Assembly (NCBI GenBank): GCA_038230375.1
Contig: JBBRNJ010000006.1
Span: forward strand, 134,394 to 198,393
Length of the DNA: 64,000 nucleotides
Source: Polyangiales bacterium
GTDB lineage: Bacteria; Myxococcota_A; Polyangia; Polyangiales; Polyangiaceae
Reading direction: 5' to 3'
Numbering within the stretch: the first letter of the stretch is position 1; the number at the start of each line of letters is the position of its first letter. Of this stretch, positions 49,394-58,130 are shown in pieces. The notes under the pieces are model-generated. The model did not search any database. It had not been told where the DNA came from and saw only the letters and a list, made by a program, of their open reading frames with translations. Made by a program: the position numbers and the translations under genes.

Positions 49394-50779
49394 ATGGCCT
49401 CTTCCTCCCAGCGCGTCGCGGAGCGCGCGAAGTCCGCGGTCCCCGGCTCGTTCGAACGACTCGCGCGTTACCTGGCGTTCGCGCCCATCTCGAGTGAGCC
49501 GGAATCCGCGCCCAAGCTGAGGGAGCTCGCACAGACGCTCGTCACGGATCTCACCACGCTGGGCATGTCGCGCGCGCGCATGCTCACCGTCCCTGGCGCC
49601 CATCCGTGCGTCGCGGCGGAGTGGATGGGCGCAGGTCCGACCAAGCCCACGGTGCTCATCTACGGGCACTTCGACGTGCAGCCCGTTGCGGGTGAACCGT
49701 GGACCACGGCGCCGCACGATCTGGTGCGCAAGGGCAGCCGCGTGTACGGGCGTGGCTCCGCGGACGACATGGGCGGGTGGCTCAGTCACTTCGTCGCGAT
49801 CGAATCGTGGCTCGCGGAAGAGAAGAGCCTGCCGTGCAACATCAAGCTGCTCATCGAAGGTGAAGAAGAGATCGGCAGCCCAAACCTCGCGCGCTTCATG
49901 GACGCGTATCCAGATGCGTTCGCGTCCGACGCGATGGTCCTCACCGACTGCGACAACCCGAGCACGGACATCCCTGGCCTCACCGTGAGCCTGCGCGGGC
50001 TGCTCGAGATCGAGGTCGCGATCTCCAGCGCCGCCTCTGACGTGCACTCCGGCATCTGGGGCAACATCGTCCCCGATCCGGCGATGACGCTCATCTCCAT
50101 CGTCGCGCGCCTCGTGGACGCCGATGGGCGTCTGCGTCTCGGCCGCAAGGAGATCGACCCCGCGTGGCTCGCGAGCTCCCACGACGTGCCGCTCACCGAC
50201 GCCGTCATTCGCTCGGGCGCGCGGCTTTTGCCGGGCGTGTCGCCGCTTCCGCTGCGCGGTCTGTCGCCGGCGGCCTGGGGTTGGCGCGAGCCGGCCGTGA
50301 CCGTGCTGTCCACCACGTTCCCCGCGCCCGGCAAGGAGAAGAACGCCGTGCGCGGCACCTCTTCGATGAAGCTCTCCCTGCGCGTCGCGCCAGGTCAGAC
50401 CGCGAAGGAGCTGCTCGCGCTCGTCACCGCAGAGCTCACGCGCGAGGTGCCGGGCGGTCTCACGGTCAACGTGAAGGAGATGTCCGCTGCGTCATCGTCA
50501 TGGGACTACGAGGCCAAAGGGCCCGCGTTCGACGCCTCGGATCGCGCGTACGAGAAGGCGTGGGGTCGCAAGCCGCTGCGCATCGGCATCGGCGGTTCGA
50601 TCCCGTTCGTTGCGCTCTTCGGTCAACGCTTCGGAAATCTGCCGCTCATCCTGAACGGCGTCATCGACCCCGAAACAGGAGCCCACGGTCCCAATGAGTC
50701 GATGGATGTGGGCGTCTACGAGAAGACGGTGATCGCCAACGTGTACCTCTACGAAGAGCTCGCGACGCTGAAGAAGTAG
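49394..50779 (+). CDS. M20 family metallopeptidase (dipeptidase-like)
   Basis: YGHFDVQP, GRGSADD, EGEEEIGS, GGSIP, AHGPNE. Confidence 0.92.
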   Translation: MASSSQRVAERAKSAVPGSFERLARYLAFAPISSEPESAPKLRELAQTLVTDLTTLGMSRARMLTVPGAHPCVAAEWMGAGPTKPTVLIYGHFDVQPVAGEPWTTAPHDLVRKGSRVYGRGSADDMGGWLSHFVAIESWLAEEKSLPCNIKLLIEGEEEIGSPNLARFMDAYPDAFASDAMVLTDCDNPSTDIPGLTVSLRGLLEIEVAISSAASDVHSGIWGNIVPDPAMTLISIVARLVDADGRLRLGRKEIDPAWLASSHDVPLTDAVIRSGARLLPGVSPLPLRGLSPAAWGWREPAVTVLSTTFPAPGKEKNAVRGTSSMKLSLRVAPGQTAKELLALVTAELTREVPGGLTVNVKEMSAASSSWDYEAKGPAFDASDRAYEKAWGRKPLRIGIGGSIPFVALFGQRFGNLPLILNGVIDPETGAHGPNESMDVGVYEKTVIANVYLYEELATLKK

Positions 50780-50874
50780 GTCGAGGTCGAGGTCGAGGTC
50801 GAGGTCGAGGTCGAGGTCGAAGTCGAGGTCGAGGTCGAGGTCGAAGTCGAGGTCGAAGTCGAAGTCGAGGTCGA
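50779..50874. repeat. Intergenic hexamer microsatellite (RGTCGA)16
   Basis: 96 bp of ggtcga/agtcga between convergent stops. Confidence 0.95.
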
Positions 50875-50887
50875 CGTTGTCCGTCGA

Positions 50888-51661
50888 TCAGCCGCCGGTC
50901 AGGCTGTCGCAGAGGTTTTGTTGTCCCTCTGTCGTGACCTTGCCCTGCTTCATCTCCAGCGGGCAGAAGCCGCCGCTGCGGATCTGTTCGATCATCTCCA
51001 GCGCTACGCCCGAGTTCCATTCGCGGGCGCCGTCGAAGCGGGCGCGGATGACGCCGTTCTTGTCCACGATCCACGTCTCCGGGAAGAGGCGCGTGCCGTA
51101 GGTGTCCTTCACGATCTTGCTCTCCGAATCGAAGAGCACGGTGAACGGCGGGTCCTCGCGCAGGACCGCGTGGAGCGCGTCCTTCACGTCCGCGGGGCCG
51201 TCGTCGATCGAGACGGTGAGCACGGTGACATCCGGAAACGGCTTCACGATCTTCGCGAGCTCCGCGATGTCCGGCATCTCCTCCATGCAGGGACCGCAGG
51301 TCTTGGTCCAGAAGTTCAGGACCACGACCTTGCCGCGATAGTCGGACAGGCGGACTGCGTTGCCCTTCATGTCCGTCAGTGAGAAATCCGGCGCCTTGCG
51401 CTCGTAGCCCGCGTAGTCAGGCTTCATGATGCAGGTCGCGGCGCAGCGTCGTCGTGCTTCGCCGTCGCGCCCGGTGGAGACGAACGTGTACACTGCGCCC
51501 GCCGCGATCAGCACGAAGGCGATCTGCACGATGAGCGCCCACACGGGGGCCGAAGGCGGCTCGGGCGCTTGCGGCGTGGCAGCGGGCTCTGTCGTTGCTG
51601 CCACCACGGGGACCGTGTCGGCGTCCTCGTCGTGCTGCCGCTTCTTGGATTTTATCGCCAT
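50888..51661 (-). CDS. TlpA/ResA-like thiol-disulfide oxidoreductase
   Basis: TM, APDFSL, GKVVVLNFW..TCGPC, FPETW. Confidence 0.9.
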   Translation of the reverse strand: MAIKSKKRQHDEDADTVPVVAATTEPAATPQAPEPPSAPVWALIVQIAFVLIAAGAVYTFVSTGRDGEARRRCAATCIMKPDYAGYERKAPDFSLTDMKGNAVRLSDYRGKVVVLNFWTKTCGPCMEEMPDIAELAKIVKPFPDVTVLTVSIDDGPADVKDALHAVLREDPPFTVLFDSESKIVKDTYGTRLFPETWIVDKNGVIRARFDGAREWNSGVALEMIEQIRSGGFCPLEMKQGKVTTEGQQNLCDSLTGG

Positions 51662-51676
51662 GACGTCCTCAGTCTA

Positions 51677-53203
51677 CTACACGTTCGCGATGGCGAGGCT
51701 CCGCCGCTCACGCTTCTCTGGCAGGGCATTGAACGCGCGTTTGTAGGCGGCGAACGTGCCGCCGTCGCGCATCGCGGTGAGCACAGCCAGGCCCTCGGCC
51801 TCGCCACCCTGCGCGAGCATGTACTCCACCCAGGCCCACTTTGCGCTCGTGGAGCGCACGTCCACGCGACCGCGAAGCCCGCGCTTCAGCCGCTCGAGCC
51901 GCTCTTCCACGAGCTTGATCCCCGCGAAGGGCTGACCATCGAGCGGCGTGTTCCGCTTCGCGCAGAACGGCGCAATGCCCAGCGAGATCGGGATGATCTT
52001 CGACAGCTCACGGCTGAACGCGATGCACTCGTCGATGTCCTCGTCCGTCTCGCCCGGCAGCCCGATCATCAGGTAGAGCTTCAGCCTCTCGAGCCCGTGC
52101 TTGCGCGCCATCTCCGCGCACTTGTCCAGGTGCTTGATGCGCGCGCGGCGAGCGAGCGATTCGCGCAGGCGCTCGCTGGGGCCATCCATCGCCGTGGTCA
52201 GCGTCTTGTAACCGGCGGCCTTCAGCGCGCCCACGAACTCGTCCGACAGCCGGTCCGGCCGCAGCGAGGACAATCCGACCTCGCAGCCGCGCTCCGTGAG
52301 CGTGCGAACGATCTCCACGATCTTCGGATGATCGCTCACCGCCGCGCCGACGAGCCCAACCTTCGTCGCGTCCTTCGGGATCAACTCCAGGATGCGCTCC
52401 TTCGAGGCCATGCGCATGCCGCCGTTCGTGGACCTTCGCATCACGCAGTACGTGCACGTGCGCGAGCACCCGCGCTCGGTCTCTATCAGGAACATGTTGC
52501 GCAGCACCGCGTTCGGCGAGCGGATCGGGCCCCACGCTGGGATGTTCTCGTCGGACACCTTCGCGACGACCGGCAGGATGGTGCCGTGCACGTCCGGTAC
52601 GAACACGTGTGGCACCTTGGACAGCGCGGAGATGCGCGCGTCACGGCCCTCCGTGGTCGAGAGGATGCGCATCACGTCGCACATGATCTCCTCTGCCTCG
52701 CCCACGATCATCGCGTCGATGAACGGCGCGAGCGGAAGCGGATTCGAGAACGTGAGCGGCCCGCCCGCGAGGATGAACGGATGACGATCGTCACGCTCCG
52801 CGCGAAGGGCAGGGATGCGCGCGGCGTCGAGCATGCGCAACATGCCGGCGATCTCGATCTCGTACGCGACGCTGAACGCCACGACGGGGAACTCCTCCAT
52901 GGGCTTGTGCGTCTCGAGCGAGCGCGGGTGCGTCTGGAGCGCGAGCTCCTTCTCCGCCTCGTCATCAAGCATCACGCGCTCGCACGCGACGTCCGGCTCC
53001 TCCATCACCGCGCGATAGATGCGCTGGTAGCCGAGCGAGCTCATCGCCGCGCCATAAGGAGAGGGATATGCGAGGGCGATCGTGAACGGCGCCTGCTTGT
53101 CGATGCGGCCAATCTCGGAATCGAGCAAGGCTCGCGCTCGTTCTCTGGGATCGCGAATCGGCACTTCCCGGCCCACCCTAGCCGAACGTTGATGCAAAGC
53201 CAT
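51677..53203 (-). CDS. Radical SAM protein
   Basis: RGCSRTCTYC (CxxxCxxC), LSSLR, LYLMIGLPGET; start 53203 or 53176. Confidence 0.9.
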   Translation of the reverse strand: MALHQRSARVGREVPIRDPRERARALLDSEIGRIDKQAPFTIALAYPSPYGAAMSSLGYQRIYRAVMEEPDVACERVMLDDEAEKELALQTHPRSLETHKPMEEFPVVAFSVAYEIEIAGMLRMLDAARIPALRAERDDRHPFILAGGPLTFSNPLPLAPFIDAMIVGEAEEIMCDVMRILSTTEGRDARISALSKVPHVFVPDVHGTILPVVAKVSDENIPAWGPIRSPNAVLRNMFLIETERGCSRTCTYCVMRRSTNGGMRMASKERILELIPKDATKVGLVGAAVSDHPKIVEIVRTLTERGCEVGLSSLRPDRLSDEFVGALKAAGYKTLTTAMDGPSERLRESLARRARIKHLDKCAEMARKHGLERLKLYLMIGLPGETDEDIDECIAFSRELSKIIPISLGIAPFCAKRNTPLDGQPFAGIKLVEERLERLKRGLRGRVDVRSTSAKWAWVEYMLAQGGEAEGLAVLTAMRDGGTFAAYKRAFNALPEKRERRSLAIANV

Positions 53204-53341
53204 GGATCGGAAGACCCTCGGATTCCCTTCGTCGGCCCACCTCCGTCGCCATGACGAGACAACGAAACCAGGGGAACCCCAGCTATTTTGCCGGGTGTAG
53301 GTGATGTGCGGACATGGCCTGACAATTGCGACAAGGAAGGT

Positions 53342-53809
53342 ATGCTCAAGCTCTCCGCGCTGTCGCTCGCTGCCCTGTTCATCGCCATCTCCGCAAGCGG
53401 CTGCGCCGCCAACACGGACGATCCCGCGACAGACGATGGCACCGAGGCCTCGGACACGGAGGCGCTCCTCGCCGGCACCCAGCACTCACCGCACCAGATC
53501 GCGACGCTTCTTCGGAGCGCGGGCTTCCCCGAGTCCGCCATCGGCCCGATGGTGTGCACCGCGAAATACGAGTCGGACTTCTACGAGCGCGCGAGCAACC
53601 ACAACAAGAACGGCTCGACGGATTACGGCCTGTTCCAGATCAACAGCATCCACCTTCACGACGCTGGATGCCCCCACACCGCTGCGGCCCTCTACGATCC
53701 CGCGACCAACGTTCGCTGCGCTCATGCCGTCTGGAAATCGCAAGGCGTCAACGCCTGGTACGGCTACCAGAAGCACCGCAGCACCTGTCAGCACTACCCC
53801 GCGCCCTGA
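53342..53809 (+). CDS. Lipoprotein with c-type lysozyme (GH22-like) domain
   Basis: RBS aaggaagg; lipobox ASGC; VCTAKYES...NKNGSTDYGLFQINS...CA...GVNAW. Confidence 0.8.
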   Translation: MLKLSALSLAALFIAISASGCAANTDDPATDDGTEASDTEALLAGTQHSPHQIATLLRSAGFPESAIGPMVCTAKYESDFYERASNHNKNGSTDYGLFQINSIHLHDAGCPHTAAALYDPATNVRCAHAVWKSQGVNAWYGYQKHRSTCQHYPAP

Positions 53810-53948
53810 AGTCGCGCTTGCCCTCCAGATCGTCGTGACGCACCTGCGTCACCGCGAATTTTCCCGAAAACGCACATTTCGACTGGCCCGACCCCGACCC
53901 GCGAGCTAGGTGGATGACACCTTCTTCATGGTTTGAACGGACGGGTAC

Positions 53949-56621
53949 ATGACTTCGAAACGCGTTCTTCTCGTGCTTCCGATCGCTCTCCTTCTCAAGC
54001 TCACCGCGTGCGGTGGGGACGACTCCGCTGGCGGCGGCGGTGGAGGTGATGCAGGCCCCGATGGTGATGTCTCGACGTCCGACGGCGGCGGCAAGAAGGA
54101 CGGCGGCGCGACCGATGGCGGCGGCAACGGTGACGGCGGTGTACAGCCGAACCAGAAGCACCCGAACATCAACCCGCAGCCCAAGGTCACCGACTGCGCG
54201 CGGACGATCATGCCGCCTGCGACCGGCGTCTGTCAGGTCACGCAGGCGGGCACCGCCGGCACGCTGCTGCGCGGCACCGTGCTCGCACCGAACGACGTGT
54301 TCCACAAGGGCGAGGTCCTCATCGCCGCGGACGGCACGATCTCCTGCGCCGCATGCGATTGCTCGGCGACCGCGGGCTACGCAAACGCATCGATCGTCGA
54401 GTGCGCGAATGGCGTCATCTCGCCAGGCCTCATCAACCCGCACGAGCACATCACGTACGCGGACAACGCGCCCGTCGCTCACGGCACGGAGCGCTTCGAG
54501 CACCGCCACGACTGGCGCAAGGGCAAGCACGGCCACACCATTCTGAAATACAACGCCAGTGCCAACAACGCGACCGTGGCCTACGAGGAGCTTCGCTTCG
54601 TGATGAGCGGCGCCACGCTGCTCGCAGGCGCCGGCGGCGTGCCCGGCCTGCTTCGCAACGTGGACGACTCCCAGGAGGAGATGGAAGGTCTCCCCATGGA
54701 GATCGCCAACAGCGACACGTTCCCGCTGGGCGACAGCGACGGAACCATGCTCACGAGCGGCTGCGCGTATCCCAAGCCGACCACGCCGGGCGCCATCTCC
54801 GGGCTCGAGTCGTACATCCCGCACATTGCGGAGGGCATCGACCTGGAAGCGCACAACGAGATGACGTGCCAGAACCAGGGCCAGTACAACGTGATGACGC
54901 CGTTCACGTCGGTCATCCACTCCGTCGCGATCAACCCGGCTGACGCCAAGGTGATGCACGATGCGCAGGTCGGCGTGATCTGGTCGTCGCGCTCGAACGT
55001 CTCGCTCTACGGCAACACGGCCCCTGCGGTCATGCTGGACCTTGCGGGCGTAGCGCTGTCCATCGGCACCGACTGGATCCCTTCGGGCTCCATGAACATG
55101 GCGCGCGAGATCCGCTGCGTCGACGAGCTCAACACCAAGTACTACGGCAAGCATTTCACCGACGCGGACATCTGGCGCATGGCCACTGCGAACGGCGCGT
55201 TTGCGACCGGCACGTATCGCTCGCTCGGCTTCCTGAAGGCTGGCTACCTGGCGGACATCGCGATCTTCGACGGCACCACGAGCAAGGACCACCGCGCGGT
55301 GATCGATGCGAACGTCGAGGACACCGTCCTTGTCCTCCGCGGCGGCAAGGCGCTCTACGGCGACACCGCGCTGATCACCGACCCCGCGTTCGGTGGAGGC
55401 GCGGGCTGCAACAAGTTCTCCGACATCACGGAATTTGCGGCCTCCGCATGCGTCGCCACCAAGAGCGCGTGCGTCGACACCACCGCCGCGGTTGGCACGT
55501 TCCAGTCGATCGTCACCACCGGCCTCGCGAAGTCGACGTACCCGCTCTTCTTCTGCAAGGGCACAGTGCCCACCGCGGAGCCGTCGTGCGTTCCCTACCG
55601 CGACGAGTACAAGGACGGCATCACCGCGACCGACAGGGACGGCGACGGCGTGGCCGACACGCAGGACAACTGCCCGGACGTGTTCAACCCCGGCCGCTAC
55701 ATGGATCCCAAGAACGGGACCGCGTATCTCCAGGCCGACTCGGACAAGGACGGCGCAGGCGACGCGTGCGACATCTGCCCGGACGACGCGACGCAGAAGT
55801 GCACGCGCGCGGCGGCGCTGGACTCCGACGCGGACGGCGTGGCCGACCCGATCGACAACTGCCCCAAGGTGAAGAACCCCGCTCAGGCAGACGGCGACGC
55901 GGACGGCCGCGGCGACGCGTGCGACTCCTGCGCGATCGCGAACCCCGGCAATTCGCCGTGCGATCTTGACATCCCCACGGTGCGCAACGTGGCCGGCGGA
56001 ACCCACCCCGGCAGCGGCAGCATCATCCGCATCACCGACGCGTACGTGACCGCGACGGGGCCCTCCAGCGCTGCGTCCAAGGTCTTCATGTACATGCAGA
56101 GCGACGTGACCGGCGTTCCGTACGGCGGCATCCAGGTCAACACGGGTCTCCTTGCGAACCCGCTGAAGCCCGGCAACAAGATCACGGTCGTCGGAATGTA
56201 CGACGAGAAGTTCGGCATTGGCCAGCTGTCAGCCGGAACCATCGTGGTGACGGACGCGACGCAGAATGCGCTCACGCCGCTCCTCATCCAGGAGGCGGAC
56301 TACGCGACCGCCAACGCCACCGCGGAGCAGTACGAGAGCCTGCTCATCCAGATCAACGACAACGGTGGCGCAAACCCCATCACCATCACGAACGACATCC
56401 CGGACGGCGCCACGGCCAAGTTCTACGAGTTCGTGGTCGACGGCGCGCTCCGCATCGACGACACGATCTTCCCGCGCTACGGCACGCCAGCCTCTGGCAT
56501 CCCGTACCCGGCGGTGGGCTTCACCAACGGAACGACGTTCACGTCGATCACGGGCATCGGCTTCTACTCGTTCGGCAACCGCAAGATCGAGCCGCGCTTC
56601 ACCGCCGACCTCGCTCACTGA
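53949..56621 (+). CDS. Lipoprotein: amidohydrolase-family domain, thrombospondin type-3 repeats, C-terminal beta domain
   Basis: Lipobox LTAC; PGLINPHEH, HIAEG, IHS, IGTDW; DxDGDGxxDxxDNCP repeats. Confidence 0.85.
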   Translation: MTSKRVLLVLPIALLLKLTACGGDDSAGGGGGGDAGPDGDVSTSDGGGKKDGGATDGGGNGDGGVQPNQKHPNINPQPKVTDCARTIMPPATGVCQVTQAGTAGTLLRGTVLAPNDVFHKGEVLIAADGTISCAACDCSATAGYANASIVECANGVISPGLINPHEHITYADNAPVAHGTERFEHRHDWRKGKHGHTILKYNASANNATVAYEELRFVMSGATLLAGAGGVPGLLRNVDDSQEEMEGLPMEIANSDTFPLGDSDGTMLTSGCAYPKPTTPGAISGLESYIPHIAEGIDLEAHNEMTCQNQGQYNVMTPFTSVIHSVAINPADAKVMHDAQVGVIWSSRSNVSLYGNTAPAVMLDLAGVALSIGTDWIPSGSMNMAREIRCVDELNTKYYGKHFTDADIWRMATANGAFATGTYRSLGFLKAGYLADIAIFDGTTSKDHRAVIDANVEDTVLVLRGGKALYGDTALITDPAFGGGAGCNKFSDITEFAASACVATKSACVDTTAAVGTFQSIVTTGLAKSTYPLFFCKGTVPTAEPSCVPYRDEYKDGITATDRDGDGVADTQDNCPDVFNPGRYMDPKNGTAYLQADSDKDGAGDACDICPDDATQKCTRAAALDSDADGVADPIDNCPKVKNPAQADGDADGRGDACDSCAIANPGNSPCDLDIPTVRNVAGGTHPGSGSIIRITDAYVTATGPSSAASKVFMYMQSDVTGVPYGGIQVNTGLLANPLKPGNKITVVGMYDEKFGIGQLSAGTIVVTDATQNALTPLLIQEADYATANATAEQYESLLIQINDNGGANPITITNDIPDGATAKFYEFVVDGALRIDDTIFPRYGTPASGIPYPAVGFTNGTTFTSITGIGFYSFGNRKIEPRFTADLAH

Positions 56622-56653
56622 CGTCGCCGCGCTCACCCGGCGTGGCGTGACGC

Positions 56654-57232
56654 TCATCCCACCACGTGATCGACGGCCTCTTTCATCGCGGCGGCTAGCT
56701 CCCGCTGAGAGAGGCCTGCGCGCGCGCCGGTGGACACGCCTTGCTGCATGACCATGAGGAAGCGCGCGAGCGCGGCCGGATCGCCGCTGGATTTCAGCTC
56801 GCCGCTCTGCTGTCCGCGCGCGATGATCTTCGCGAGCAGCTTCTGTCGGGTGCCGACCACGCGCAGCAACGTGTCGCGGACGAACTCCGCGCTGGCGCCG
56901 GTGGTGCCCGCCATGCTGAGGAAGCAGCCGCGCGGGCCGTCCTTCGGGCACATGCCCGAGACCCAGCTCGCGGTCAGCGTGGCGAGCGCCTCCTTCGCGG
57001 GCAGGTTGGCTACGGGCGCCGCTTCCATGGCGTTCGCCTTTGTCATGTAGTGATCGAGCACCTTCGTGAAGAGCTGCTCCTTGTCGCCGAACGCGCCGTA
57101 GAGGCTGGCGCGCCCGAGGCCCGTCGCCTCGACGAGATCCTCGACGGACGTGCCGTCGTAGCCCTTCGACCAGAAGGTCTCGAGGGCGCGATCCAGCACC
57201 AACTGTTCGTCGAATTCTCGGGGTCGCGCCAT
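56654..57232 (-). CDS. TetR-family regulator (NemR/ComR-like)
   Basis: MARPREFD, FWSKGYDGTS, SLYGAFGDK, GCF. Confidence 0.92.
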   Translation of the reverse strand: MARPREFDEQLVLDRALETFWSKGYDGTSVEDLVEATGLGRASLYGAFGDKEQLFTKVLDHYMTKANAMEAAPVANLPAKEALATLTASWVSGMCPKDGPRGCFLSMAGTTGASAEFVRDTLLRVVGTRQKLLAKIIARGQQSGELKSSGDPAALARFLMVMQQGVSTGARAGLSQRELAAAMKEAVDHVVG

Positions 57233-57252
57233 GGCACCACCCAGCAATGTAG

Positions 57253-57999
57253 CTACAGCTGGGTCAATCCGCCATCTACCGGAAGCTCTGCGCCGGTCGT
57301 GAAGCTCGCCTCGAAGCCCAGGAAGAGCGTCGCGCGAGCCACCTCCTCGGGCGTGCCGAAGCGCTTCATGGGATTGGCCTCACGCATGCCGCTCGCCATC
57401 CCATCCAGGGCCTCTTGGGGCAGTCCGAGCTTGCCAAAGATCGGCGTGGTGATGGGGCCTGGGCTGACCGCGTTGACGCGGATGCCACGCGGCAGGAGCT
57501 CCGCGGAGAGCGTGCGCGCGAGCGAGCGCAGTGCCGCCTTGGATGCAGAATACACGCTTGTGGAGGGCATCCCCTTCTCGTCAACCACCGACGTGTTCAG
57601 GATGACCGCACTGCCCTGTCGCAGCAGCGGCGCGAGCTTCTGGACCGTGAAGTACGCGCCCTTCGTGTTGATGGCGAACGTCTCGTCGTAGGAGGCTTCC
57701 GTCACGTCGGCGAACGGCACGAACTTCGCGATGCCGGCGTTCGCGAAGAGCAGGTCCACGGCGCCCAGCTCGGTCTTGGCCTTCGCCGCGAGCGCGTCGA
57801 TATCGGAGAGCTTCGACGTGTCGGACACGAGCCCGATCGCGTTCGGCCCCAGCTCCTTCTCCGCGGCGCGCACGGCGTCCTTGCTGCGGGCGGTGAAGAT
57901 GACCTTCGCACCGCCCTGGACGAGGAGCTTCGCCGTGGCGAAGCCAATGCCCGTGCTGCCACCCGTCACCACCGCCGTCTTGCCCTGGTAGTTGCTCAT
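57253..57999 (-). CDS. Short-chain dehydrogenase/reductase
   Basis: TGGSTGIG, NAG, YSASK, VDGG. Confidence 0.95.
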   Translation of the reverse strand: MSNYQGKTAVVTGGSTGIGFATAKLLVQGGAKVIFTARSKDAVRAAEKELGPNAIGLVSDTSKLSDIDALAAKAKTELGAVDLLFANAGIAKFVPFADVTEASYDETFAINTKGAYFTVQKLAPLLRQGSAVILNTSVVDEKGMPSTSVYSASKAALRSLARTLSAELLPRGIRVNAVSPGPITTPIFGKLGLPQEALDGMASGMREANPMKRFGTPEEVARATLFLGFEASFTTGAELPVDGGLTQL

Positions 58000-58052
58000 G
58001 ATTGAACCCTTCCGAGCGCCGGGAGGGCCCAGGCCCCCGCGTCGCTCAATTC

Positions 58053-58096
58053 CGTAATGATCGTTACGTAACTATTCTGGAACGAATTGTCAAGAA
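58053..58096 (-). promoter_or_regulatory. Two imperfect palindromes overlapping a TTGACA, candidate TetR operators for the SDR-tetR unit
   Basis: CGTAATGATCGTTACG (58053-58068) and TTCTGGAACGAATTGTCAAGAA (58075-58096); minus-strand TTGACA at 58093-58088. Confidence 0.6.
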
Positions 58097-58130
58097 CGGG
58101 GGGCGAAGAAATCCGCTAGCCTCCGCCTCG

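Noticed and set aside
50661..51074. ORF with Arg-Pro repeat
   Set aside because: Artefact of translating the intergenic hexamer; overlaps two supported genes
53748..56006. 752-aa minus-strand ORF
   Set aside because: Antisense shadow of the amidohydrolase lipoprotein
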